From the NCBI GenBank assembly GCA_943373175.1, contig CALSBM010000007.1:2502-66501 (forward strand): a DNA stretch of 64,000 nt, read 5' to 3'. Positions 9,954 to 18,851 of this stretch are shown here, piece after piece; the stretch's first letter is position 1; every line of letters starts with the position of its first letter. This DNA is from Chitinophaga pinensis (lineage in GTDB: Bacteria; Bacteroidota; Bacteroidia; UBA7662; JAIXUI01). The notes under the pieces are model-generated. The model made no database searches. It had not been told where the DNA came from and saw only the letters and a program-made list of their open reading frames with translations. Position numbers and translations under genes: made by a program.

Positions 9954-10654
9954 TTCGAAAGCTTTCTATTTTCAACTGCCGAGGCAATGTCTTTGTTTTC
10001 GTATTCCTTCTTCAATAAACGAATAGCACCCATTAAATCATCGACTTCACGGTTATTGGTGCCATCAAAAATTCCTCGAATTCTTCGGTCTGCATCGATG
10101 AGAAGCATTTTCTCAGAATGAATAAATTGACCATCCTGCTGAGCATCGGGTGAAACCTGAGAGAGGAATTGCTGCTGAATCACTGAATATAAACTATCGC
10201 GACTGCCTGTAAGAAAACTCCACTTGCCCTTTACGGCCTTGTTCTCTATGCTATAATGCTTCAGTACCGAAGGGAAGTCCGTTTCAGGATCCACAGTCAT
10301 GGAAACCATCTGTACCCTATCGTTTTTTATGAAACTATCCTGAATTCGCTTCATCTGCTTTGACATATCAATGCAGATAGTTTTACAGGAAGTAAACATG
10401 AAATTAACTACGGTAAAGCGACCATCCAGCATACGCTCAGTCTGTATCAGACTGTCCTGATCTAAAAAGGTGAACGGCCCTACTTGGTGATAAATAGTAT
10501 CAACCACCGTACGGCCGTTAACCATATTTTCAAAGGGAATTTTCTCTCCGTAAATCGGAAGCTTTACATAATGGTTTGTACCGAAACCCACATAGAGCCA
10601 ATACAGCAGAGGGGGTAAAGCCAATATCAGAAAGAGAACAAGTCCTTTTTTCAA
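9950..10654 (-). CDS. SCO1/SenC family copper chaperone
   Basis: N-terminal TM anchor plus a thioredoxin-like domain. The FMFTSCKTIC sequence carries the CxxxC copper-binding motif. Confidence 0.8.
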   Translation of the reverse strand: MKKGLVLFLILALPPLLYWLYVGFGTNHYVKLPIYGEKIPFENMVNGRTVVDTIYHQVGPFTFLDQDSLIQTERMLDGRFTVVNFMFTSCKTICIDMSKQMKRIQDSFIKNDRVQMVSMTVDPETDFPSVLKHYSIENKAVKGKWSFLTGSRDSLYSVIQQQFLSQVSPDAQQDGQFIHSEKMLLIDADRRIRGIFDGTNNREVDDLMGAIRLLKKEYENKDIASAVENRKLSK

Positions 10655-10660
10655 GCTCTT

Positions 10661-10978
10661 TTAATAGCGGATATTCAACCAGTAATTGCTTTCATAAAGC
10701 AATGCTGCTATGATTCCAAGAATGAAAACCAGTGGAACAATAATGCTGTAAATCAGATTGATGCGTTCAAACTTAAGGTGCATGAAATAGGCAACAATGT
10801 AAAATGCCTTAAGCAACGTAAGTACGATGTAAATCACATTCTTGATGGGTTGCGCCATCACACTTTCAGGAATTGCCAGTGCGATGATAAACTCAACCAC
10901 TGTAATAAGGAGAAGTACAAAAAATACTTTCCAGATGCCTTTTATATCGAAACTGCTTTCGTGTTCTGCGTTAGACAT
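10661..10978 (-). CDS. cytochrome c oxidase subunit IV (caa3-type, CoxD/CtaF-like)
   Basis: About 105-aa protein with three TM helices, immediately downstream of coxC. Start taken at MSNAEHES (ATG 10978). Confidence 0.65.
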   Translation of the reverse strand: MSNAEHESSFDIKGIWKVFFVLLLITVVEFIIALAIPESVMAQPIKNVIYIVLTLLKAFYIVAYFMHLKFERINLIYSIIVPLVFILGIIAALLYESNYWLNIRY

Positions 10979-10989
10979 GATTTTGATAA

Positions 10990-11694
10990 TTAAACGAGGT
11001 AAAAGAAGGTAAATACAAAGACCCAAACCAAATCAACAAAGTGCCAATACAGGCCTACTTTCTCGACCATCTCATAATGACCTCTCCGCTGGTAAGTTCC
11101 TTTCATGGTGTTGATAAGAATTACAACATTAATTACAACGCCGGAGAATACGTGAAATCCATGGAATCCGGTAATAGTAAAGAAAAGATTAGCAAACTGC
11201 TGCGCATAATCCCTTGAAGGAGTACCTGAGAAAAATTCTTTGAGGTGCTCAGCATTTGGAGTACTTCCCCACCAGAAGCCGTCATGATGTAAGTGCGTCC
11301 ATTCCCATGCTTGGCAGCCCAAAAAAGCTAAACCACCTACAATAGTCCATACCATCCACTTCACAACTTCATTCTTCGCTCCACGATGGCCGGCTTCTAC
11401 GGCAAGAACCATTGTAACGGAAGACATAATCAGAATGAACGTCATGATTCCAACAAATACCAGAGGTAAGTTGGCATGATCAATAAAAGGAACCCCTTTG
11501 AATACCAAATCGGGATCAGGCCAAACTGGAGCTGAGAATCTCAAAGATCCATAGGCAAGAAGCAGAGAAGAGAAAGTAAAAGCATCTGAAAGTAAGAAGA
11601 ACCACATCATCAGCTTGCCATAGCTGGCTCCGTAGGGCTCTGATCCGCCGTCCCAAATGGATTTCGACTTTACCGTGAGTTGTTGTTGCGCCAT
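10990..11694 (-). CDS. coxC: cytochrome c oxidase subunit III
   Basis: Translation ...GFHGFHVFSGVVINVVIL...HFVDLVWVFVF matches the conserved subunit III core. Confidence 0.85.
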   Translation of the reverse strand: MAQQQLTVKSKSIWDGGSEPYGASYGKLMMWFFLLSDAFTFSSLLLAYGSLRFSAPVWPDPDLVFKGVPFIDHANLPLVFVGIMTFILIMSSVTMVLAVEAGHRGAKNEVVKWMVWTIVGGLAFLGCQAWEWTHLHHDGFWWGSTPNAEHLKEFFSGTPSRDYAQQFANLFFTITGFHGFHVFSGVVINVVILINTMKGTYQRRGHYEMVEKVGLYWHFVDLVWVFVFTFFYLV

Positions 11695-11704
11695 TTATCG
11701 AAGT

Positions 11705-12283
11705 TTAAGCGTTATAGTAGAGGAAGAAAAAGTACAGGTAAATCCAGACAATATCAAGAAAATGCCAATAAGTGCCGGTCATTCGAATACCGAGAAGCGA
11801 TTTAGAATGAACTTTGTAGCGAAAAGTATTCAATAAACTAACTGAAACTGCCAGAATTGCACTTATTATATGCGCTAAGTGAATTCCGGATATAAGATAT
11901 ACAAAGGAGCTATTGGTGTTCTCTCCTACTAAGAAAAATCCATTGCTGGTAAGCTCTTGGTAACTCAACACCTGAAATAAAAGAAAGGTAAGACCAAGAA
12001 AAAGAGTTAGCCCTAGAAAGAGCTTAACCTTGTTTATTTCATTCTCTTTGGCTGATCGATAAGCTAAATGCATTGTTCCTGAACTCAAGGCAATGGCAAT
12101 GGTTGACCACATGAAATTCTGTGGCATTGTAACCAACTGCCAGGATTTATCTCCGAAAGCAACAATGAATGCACTCGTTAATCCGGCAAACAGCATACTT
12201 ACCGATCCCAAAAAGAGCCACAATAAGAGCTCCTTTGCATTAACGTTAGACTTCTGTTTTTGATCTACAACGGTTGTTGCCAT
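11705..12283 (-). CDS. heme-copper oxidase subunit III family protein (second copy)
   Basis: TM protein ending ...GTYWHFLDIVWIYLYFFFLYY, a CoxC-like C-terminus. Start taken at MATTVVDQ; the track gives 12304. Confidence 0.7.
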   Translation of the reverse strand: MATTVVDQKQKSNVNAKELLLWLFLGSVSMLFAGLTSAFIVAFGDKSWQLVTMPQNFMWSTIAIALSSGTMHLAYRSAKENEINKVKLFLGLTLFLGLTFLLFQVLSYQELTSNGFFLVGENTNSSFVYLISGIHLAHIISAILAVSVSLLNTFRYKVHSKSLLGIRMTGTYWHFLDIVWIYLYFFFLYYNA

Positions 12284-12284
12284 A

Positions 12285-13181
12285 TTATATCTTTCCGAAT
12301 ACAACTGCTAATTGAACCAAAGGCAAATAAATGAAGGAAGCAAACATGAGCTTTTTTGCCCATGTGTTATCACAATTAATATAAAGTTTCCAAGCAATCC
12401 AGCTAAACCAAACCGAAGTAAGTGTGCAAATAACTGCAGCAATAATTCCGGTGAAGCCAAAGACATAAAGCAATGGTGAAATCGGAACTAAGACTACGGT
12501 ATAAAGTAGAATCTGAATGGCAGTCTTTCTAGTAGGGTTGTCTTCGTTAGGAAGTAGTTTAATTCCTGCTCGTTTATAATCTTCATTCAATAACCAAGCA
12601 ATAGCCCAGAAATGAGGAAACTGCCAAAAAAACTGCACAGAAAACAACAATACAGCTTCAAAATCCAACACTCCTGTTGCGGCTGTATAACCAATCAAAA
12701 CAGGCAATGCACCTGGAACAGCACCAATTAAAACTGCAATTGGGCTAATTCGTTTTAAAGGAGTGTAAAGGAAAGCATAGGAACATAGTGCTATAAACCC
12801 TAACCAAGCACTAAGTGAGTTCATTATCATGGCCAGCAGTACAACACCACTAAGACCCATCAACAAGGAAAGCGTTAATCCCTCGGCAACCGACATTCGT
12901 CCTGTTGCAACCGGACGATTAGAAGTACGAACCATCAACTTGTCGGATTCACGTTCAATAATCTGGTTGAGCCCATTTGATGCCCCCGTTATTAGGAATC
13001 CTGCTAACAACAACCAACCTAATTGTGCTGGAGATGAACCATTATGATAGCCCATCATATAGCCTATACCGGCGCTAAAAACAACCAGTAACGACAACCT
13101 AAGCTTCACTAACTGAACATAATCTGTCAGTTTAGCTCTAACTATCAGTCCGTAGTTGGCGGTTCTTACTATGCTTTGCAT
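12285..13181 (-). CDS. ctaB: protoheme IX farnesyltransferase (heme O synthase)
   Basis: UbiA-family prenyltransferase, 298 aa and 8-9 TM helices, located inside the oxidase operon. Confidence 0.85.
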   Translation of the reverse strand: MQSIVRTANYGLIVRAKLTDYVQLVKLRLSLLVVFSAGIGYMMGYHNGSSPAQLGWLLLAGFLITGASNGLNQIIERESDKLMVRTSNRPVATGRMSVAEGLTLSLLMGLSGVVLLAMIMNSLSAWLGFIALCSYAFLYTPLKRISPIAVLIGAVPGALPVLIGYTAATGVLDFEAVLLFSVQFFWQFPHFWAIAWLLNEDYKRAGIKLLPNEDNPTRKTAIQILLYTVVLVPISPLLYVFGFTGIIAAVICTLTSVWFSWIAWKLYINCDNTWAKKLMFASFIYLPLVQLAVVFGKI

Positions 13182-13182
13182 G

Positions 13183-14157
13183 TCAAATGGAGTTCTGAGT
13201 TTGTTTAGCCGAATATCCGTCTGTCTTCAATAAAAGCCATAGCTCAAATGAAGCCCCGAACAAAAGGCTCGACAAAAATACATGAAGTGTTTGAGGAATC
13301 GGACTAATTCCTGCATTTGCCATCCAATATCCCATCAACATTTGCAAAAAAAGCAATGTCAACATGGCTCTTGACATCAAAAGCACCCGCTTTCCTTCAT
13401 AACCTTTTAATCTAATTAACAATAAGATGGCCCAGACAATCAGCAATTGAACAACCACCTTATGAAAAAAGTAAGCCGACCCTTTTAAATGATTAAGAAC
13501 TTTGGAAAAATCATCAATTCTCATCTCTGCTTCATCAACAGCTTCTCGAACCTGTGTTCCAATAACTATTTGAACCAATATTAGAATAGGCATTATCGCA
13601 GAAATCCACTTCAACGATAATGAAGAGGTAGATTCAAGGTTAAAATCAATATCCCTAACTCTGGCAACCATTCGAGCTTTTTGCAACAAGGCTACAACTC
13701 CAAGGGCCAACACTAAATGAATGCTAATGAGAATCGGCTTTAAGTTGGTATTCACTACTTGTCCTCCTAACCAGCCTTGAAACAATACAACAATCAAAGC
13801 AGCTATGCTCCACCATGCAACCACCCTGGCTTTTTTCCAATAAGCTTTTACTGAGAAGTAAGTAGTCAAAAGGATAAAAAAGCCTGTAAGTACTCCAAAC
13901 AATCTATTTAAATACTCCGTCCACGTCTTTACTACGTTGAAAGTAGTATCCTTATAACCCCTATCATGATAAATCTGCTGATAGTTTAGAGGCAGCTCTA
14001 ACACATCGGTTGGTGGCACCCAGCGATCGAAACACTTTGGCCAATCTGGGCAACCCATTCCTGCTCCAGAACTTCTTACAACTCCACCAATAAGTATTAA
14101 AGCAAAAACGACCCCGATGGTCAAGAGGCTGAATAAAGCAAACAGTCTCTTGTTCAT
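13183..14157 (-). CDS. ctaA: heme A synthase CtaA/COX15
   Basis: N-terminal GMGCPDWPKCF cysteine motif typical of CtaA, with multiple TM helices. Confidence 0.8.
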   Translation of the reverse strand: MNKRLFALFSLLTIGVVFALILIGGVVRSSGAGMGCPDWPKCFDRWVPPTDVLELPLNYQQIYHDRGYKDTTFNVVKTWTEYLNRLFGVLTGFFILLTTYFSVKAYWKKARVVAWWSIAALIVVLFQGWLGGQVVNTNLKPILISIHLVLALGVVALLQKARMVARVRDIDFNLESTSSLSLKWISAIMPILILVQIVIGTQVREAVDEAEMRIDDFSKVLNHLKGSAYFFHKVVVQLLIVWAILLLIRLKGYEGKRVLLMSRAMLTLLFLQMLMGYWMANAGISPIPQTLHVFLSSLLFGASFELWLLLKTDGYSAKQTQNSI

Positions 14158-14200
14158 CGGGGTCGTTCTAATGAGCTTATGAATTACTTGAGAAACTCAA

Positions 14201-16105
14201 TTATGAGCGTCTCAGGCTTAAAAACGCTAATAATCGGGAGAATAACATTGAATCAGCTCTATTCTTTTCAGAAGGAAGTTCCTGACGATTAGGGGTTTCA
14301 ATGGGTGCACCTCCGCCATGATGTTCTTCGAGGCCTTCATTAGGAATATTTTGAGGAATAAAATCCTCAGTTGCTTCCGGAAGGCTATAGTCGTAAGGCC
14401 AACGATGAACGTGAGGAATTTCTCCAGGCCAGTTACCGTGCAAGTGCTCAACCGGGGCTGTCCACTCAAGGGTAGTCGAATTCCATGGGTTTTGAGGCGC
14501 TCTTTTCCCTTTGAAAATGTTTCCGAAAAAATTGTAAAGGAAGATAAGCTGTGCAAAGGAACTTAGAATAGCCGCTAACGTGATGAACTTATTCATATTC
14601 ACCCACTCAGTCATGTATTCAAAACCGGTAAAGCTGTAGTAACGGCGAGGAACACCATCAAGACCCATGAAGTGCATCGGGAAGAATACACAATAAACGC
14701 CAGCGAAGGTCAACCAAAAGTGGAGGTATCCAAGTTTCTCATTCATCATTCGGCCAAACATCCTAGGATACCAATGATAAATTCCGGCAAACATCCCAAA
14801 CATAGCCGCAGAACCCATTACTAAGTGGAAGTGGGCTACTACGAAATAAGTGTCATGCAAGTTGATGTCGAGTGCAGCATTTCCAAGATAAATTCCGGTA
14901 AGTCCTCCAGAAATGAACAAGGAAACAAGGCCGATTGCGAACATCATGCCCGGAGTGAACTGGATATTTCCTCTCCAAAGAGTAGCCAGATAGTTAAATG
15001 TTTTTACTGCTGAAGGAACCGCAATGACCAGAGTAAGAATCATGAATACATTTCCAAGGAAAGGATTCATACCGGTTATAAACATGTGGTGACCCCAAAC
15101 AACAAACGACAAAACAGCGATGCCCAAAAGTGAACCAATCATCGCACGATAGCCGAAAATAGGCTTACGTGAGTTAGTTGCAATAATTTCAGAGGTCAAT
15201 CCCAATGCAGGCATCAAAATGATATAAACCTCCGGGTGACCGAGAAACCAGAACAAGTGTTGAAATAGAATTGGACTTCCACCAGTTTGTGAAAGTGCTT
15301 CGTTACCGATAAAGATTTCACTCAAGTAAAATGCTGTACCGAAAGAGCGGTCAAAAATCAATAGAATAGCTGCTGCAAAAAGTACAGGGAAAGACAAAAC
15401 TCCAAGGATAGCTGTGCAGAAAAATGCCCAAATGGTTAATGGCATGCGGGTCATCTTCATTCCTGTTGTACGCAGGTTGAGGATAGTAGCGATGTAGTTC
15501 AGTGCACCCATCAAAGATGAAGCAATAAACAAGGTCATAGATACTAACCACAAGGTCATTCCAAGGCCGGAACCAGGCATCGCCTTTGGCAAGGCAGATA
15601 GCGGAGGATAAACGGTCCATCCACCTGAAGCTGGGCCGGTTTCTACAAAGAGAGAAATCAGCATCACAACAGAGGAAGAGAAGAAGAACCAATAAGAAAG
15701 CATATTGATGAACGGAGACGCCATGTCTCGAGCACCAAGTTGCAACGGAATTAAAAGGTTAGAGAAAGTACCACTCAATGCAGCAGTGAGTACAAAGAAT
15801 ACCATGATGGTACCGTGGATAGTCACTAATCCAAGGTAAAAATTGGGATCAAGTTTGCCCCCTTTTCCCCATTTACCAAGAACGGTCTCCATCCAAGGGA
15901 AAATCTCGTCGGGGTATGCCAATTGAATTCGAAAAACCAGTGACAATAACATTCCAACGATTGCCATCACAATTCCTGTAATCAGAAATTGCTTCGCAAT
16001 CATTTTATGATCCTGAGAAAAAACGTATTTGGTCAGGAAAGTGTCGTGATGCTCATGGTGATCGTGATCGTGATCATGAGCGTGTTCAGTAGCGCTGTGA
16101 GCCAT
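14201..16105 (-). CDS. ctaD: cytochrome c oxidase subunit I (caa3-type) with His-rich N-terminal tail
   Basis: 634-aa protein containing classic subunit I segments (WFFGHPEVYI, HHMF, GMPRRY-like 'GVPRRYYSF'). The N-terminus reads MAHSATEHAHDHDHDHHEHHD. Confidence 0.9.
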   Translation of the reverse strand: MAHSATEHAHDHDHDHHEHHDTFLTKYVFSQDHKMIAKQFLITGIVMAIVGMLLSLVFRIQLAYPDEIFPWMETVLGKWGKGGKLDPNFYLGLVTIHGTIMVFFVLTAALSGTFSNLLIPLQLGARDMASPFINMLSYWFFFSSSVVMLISLFVETGPASGGWTVYPPLSALPKAMPGSGLGMTLWLVSMTLFIASSLMGALNYIATILNLRTTGMKMTRMPLTIWAFFCTAILGVLSFPVLFAAAILLIFDRSFGTAFYLSEIFIGNEALSQTGGSPILFQHLFWFLGHPEVYIILMPALGLTSEIIATNSRKPIFGYRAMIGSLLGIAVLSFVVWGHHMFITGMNPFLGNVFMILTLVIAVPSAVKTFNYLATLWRGNIQFTPGMMFAIGLVSLFISGGLTGIYLGNAALDINLHDTYFVVAHFHLVMGSAAMFGMFAGIYHWYPRMFGRMMNEKLGYLHFWLTFAGVYCVFFPMHFMGLDGVPRRYYSFTGFEYMTEWVNMNKFITLAAILSSFAQLIFLYNFFGNIFKGKRAPQNPWNSTTLEWTAPVEHLHGNWPGEIPHVHRWPYDYSLPEATEDFIPQNIPNEGLEEHHGGGAPIETPNRQELPSEKNRADSMLFSRLLAFLSLRRS

Positions 16106-16119
16106 TTCCTATGGATTGT

Positions 16120-17556
16120 TTAATTATTAACGTTCAATTGGGCGGTCAGGTTTTCGGCTGGCTTGAAGTAAGTTCTCTGTTCCTTCAACCATTGCTGATA
16201 TTCAGCCTCTTCCACAACTCTTATTTTCATTCTCATATTAAAATGTGCAGCTCCACAGATTTTATTACAAGCAAGCTCGTAGTTAAAATCCATGTTGTTA
16301 AGCTTCTTGCGCATCTGCTCAGTTGTAATGGTAGGCACCATATAAAACTGAGTTGGCATTCCAGGAACTACGTTCATCTGTGCGCGGAAATGAGGCATAT
16401 AGGCAGAGTGAATTACATCTCTAGCACGTAACCGGAACAAGACTCCTTTATTAACTGGAAGCACAACTTCCATCGGATATAAATCATCTTGTGCTTTAGG
16501 GTCTTTCTTATCAATACCCAAGTTGTTGTCTTGGCTAATTAATCTATAATCATGGCGGCCCAAGGCTTTATCTGCACCGGTATAGCGCGCCTTCCATCCA
16601 AACTGATAGGCAAAAAGCTCTATAGTATTCACGTTTTCTGTTGGATGTAGTTGGGTTATATCCCGCCAAACTTTAGTTCCGTACAATACCAAAGCAGTAA
16701 GTACAATAGCTGGCACAATAGTCCATAAACGCTCTAAACTATGGTTATCCGGATAGTAGTATGCCTTGTGCCCTTCCCTTGTTCTGTATATATACGGGAA
16801 GGTAAAGAGGAGGATGTGAGTAGCCACGAAAACAATCATCGTGATAACGAGGGTAATCATGAACATTTGATCCGTGATAACCCCATGTTCAGAAGCAGAT
16901 TCTGGCAAAGTGTATTTACCATAAACTGCAAACTGGTAATACACGAAGTACATTCCAACTACAAGAAACACGAAGAATAAAATACCGTTGATAGCAGCCC
17001 AGTCGAGGATACGGATTCCTTTAGTTTTAAAGAAGGTACTGATGGATTTGATTGCATAGAGGAATGCTGCAAACAACAAAACGAACATCAATAACACCAT
17101 GAAAAACTTCTGAGTACTGCTTAAAGCATCCGGGTCTGCAGCGGCAGCAGCTCCACCAGCGGTTTGAGCCGGAGCTGCAGCGGCTAATTTTCCTTCTTCA
17201 GCTTTCACATAAGCTAAAACTGCTTTCACTTCCTCATCGGAAAGATCGAATGCAGGCATCTGAACATTGTTCCATTTAGCATAAAGATCTTTAGCGTAAG
17301 CGTCTCCGGAGTTAATAACGGATTGTGAATTCTTAATCCATTTAATCAACCAGGCCTCATCTCGACGCTCAGAGATGCCTTTAAGTGCCGGACCTACAAG
17401 GTCTGCATCAATTTTATGACAGGCGACACAGTTGGCGCTGTAAATAGCAGCACCATCAGGTTGAGCCTGTGCGCTGTTCCAGAGAACCGGAAGGCTCAGC
17501 AGCATAGTTAGCACCAGTGCGCGGAGCGCTGAGAGTAAATTCTTGGGCATGTGCAA
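16120..17556 (-). CDS. coxB: cytochrome c oxidase subunit II fused to an N-terminal class I cytochrome c domain
   Basis: Signal peptide, then a CVACH heme-binding site, then TM helices. The CuA centre appears at H-x34-CNKICGAAHFNM (C-x3-C-G-x2-H-x2-M). Confidence 0.85.
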   Translation of the reverse strand: MHMPKNLLSALRALVLTMLLSLPVLWNSAQAQPDGAAIYSANCVACHKIDADLVGPALKGISERRDEAWLIKWIKNSQSVINSGDAYAKDLYAKWNNVQMPAFDLSDEEVKAVLAYVKAEEGKLAAAAPAQTAGGAAAAADPDALSSTQKFFMVLLMFVLLFAAFLYAIKSISTFFKTKGIRILDWAAINGILFFVFLVVGMYFVYYQFAVYGKYTLPESASEHGVITDQMFMITLVITMIVFVATHILLFTFPYIYRTREGHKAYYYPDNHSLERLWTIVPAIVLTALVLYGTKVWRDITQLHPTENVNTIELFAYQFGWKARYTGADKALGRHDYRLISQDNNLGIDKKDPKAQDDLYPMEVVLPVNKGVLFRLRARDVIHSAYMPHFRAQMNVVPGMPTQFYMVPTITTEQMRKKLNNMDFNYELACNKICGAAHFNMRMKIRVVEEAEYQQWLKEQRTYFKPAENLTAQLNVNN

Positions 17557-17640
17557 AGGGGTTTTCCTTAATCACCGCAAATATAGCCGCCTCTTTTCAA
17601 ATTACACGGCCAGTTTCTGCCAATTGTTATAGATAGAAAA

Positions 17641-17666
17641 TAAAAAAAGCCTGAAAATTTCAGGCT
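17641..17666 (-). terminator. intrinsic terminator ending the minus-strand cco operon (between tauE-like gene and coxB)
   Basis: gcctgaaa(a)tttcaggc forms a perfect inverted repeat. A7 on the plus strand gives a T-run after the hairpin on the minus strand. Confidence 0.5.
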
Positions 17667-17688
17667 CTAGCTTTATCTGATTGAACTA

Positions 17689-18453
17689 TCACGGTTGTGA
17701 AGGTTTCTTGCAGCACTCCATCACTTGTTCTTTTTGAGAAGCGGTTTGCTTCAATTCCGGACTTAACATTGGAATTCCTAAATCCATTCCTCGCAGTGTA
17801 AGCAGGATTCCAGTAAGAAAAAGTGCATAAGGCACTAATCGTTTCATCATAGGCCGCAATCGGTCGGAGGCCCTTAAGCCTAACCACGAGACCAACAGCA
17901 AAACCGGAACTGAACCCAATCCAAAAGCACTCATATAGGTTGCTCCCCATAGCGCATTTCCTCCAGAAAGGCTTCCTGCCAACGCAATGTAAACTAAACC
18001 ACAAGGCAATAACCCATTCGCCATTCCAGTTATCCAAAACCTTAAGATGCCCGGTGTCCTTCCGGCTTTTTCAAACATCACGTTGCGAAAGGGCAACTTT
18101 AACTTTGATAAAAAGGTTAGCTTAAGTTTTCCACTGACATATAAAGCGGCCACTATTAACAGAATACCCCAGAAAACGGAAAGGGTTTGCTGCCATCTTC
18201 CAATAGCTAGAAATCCTCCAATAATGCCGCCGATAGTGCCTAAAATGGCGTAGATGCTAATTCGCCCAAAATGATAAATCAATCGCTCTGAGAAAAACCT
18301 CCATAAAGAATTTGATTGCATAGGTAAACTCAATACCAATGGCCCACACATGCCAAGGCAATGCAAACTTCCGGCAGTTCCTATGAGCAAACCTGCTACA
18401 ATTGCTTCACTAAAGGAAGTTAATTCACCCATGTTTGTTGATGCTGATACCAC
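17689..18453 (-). CDS. TauE/SafE (DsbD_2-like) family membrane protein with HCxxMCGP motif, terminal gene of the cbb3 accessory cluster
   Basis: Multi-TM protein with the SLHCLGMCGPL motif. It occupies the position held by a TauE/SafE-family gene after ccoH in Bacteroidota cbb3 clusters. An alternative start is MGELTS at 18432. Confidence 0.55.
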   Translation of the reverse strand: MVSASTNMGELTSFSEAIVAGLLIGTAGSLHCLGMCGPLVLSLPMQSNSLWRFFSERLIYHFGRISIYAILGTIGGIIGGFLAIGRWQQTLSVFWGILLIVAALYVSGKLKLTFLSKLKLPFRNVMFEKAGRTPGILRFWITGMANGLLPCGLVYIALAGSLSGGNALWGATYMSAFGLGSVPVLLLVSWLGLRASDRLRPMMKRLVPYALFLTGILLTLRGMDLGIPMLSPELKQTASQKEQVMECCKKPSQP

Positions 18454-18848
18454 TTATTTTGATACTGAAAACGAACTCTAACTTCCCAACGACCTTTTTT
18501 AAGTCCTTTGGTTGTAATTCCGGTTTCAGGATTCAACAACTTATAGTGTTGGTCTGCACTTGGATCATCAGGACGGTACAAGTGAATATCTCCTTGCTGT
18601 GGCTGAACTCCTTGAGGGAGGGTTACCCATAACTTACCTGATTCTGTTTCTAATTTCGGCGTAAGACCTTCGTCAACCGTTCGGTTGATAGCATCAATAT
18701 CATCCTGATAGTTCAATTCTTGTTGGTAATAGTCTTTGGCTACCAACTCAACTGGCTGCGATTTCGAGTAGATAGCGAATGCTATCATGAAAGAGCAAAA
18801 GATGATAAATGCGATGATGATGCCCAGTGGCCAGGGGTGCATTTTCAT
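18420..18848 (-). CDS. ccoH: FixH/CcoH family cbb3 oxidase assembly protein
   Basis: N-terminal TM anchor and a periplasmic domain, about 140 aa, lying between ccoG and the tauE-like gene. Confidence 0.75.
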   Translation of the reverse strand: MKMHPWPLGIIIAFIIFCSFMIAFAIYSKSQPVELVAKDYYQQELNYQDDIDAINRTVDEGLTPKLETESGKLWVTLPQGVQPQQGDIHLYRPDDPSADQHYKLLNPETGITTKGLKKGRWEVRVRFQYQNKWYQHQQTWVN

Positions 18849-18851
18849 GAG

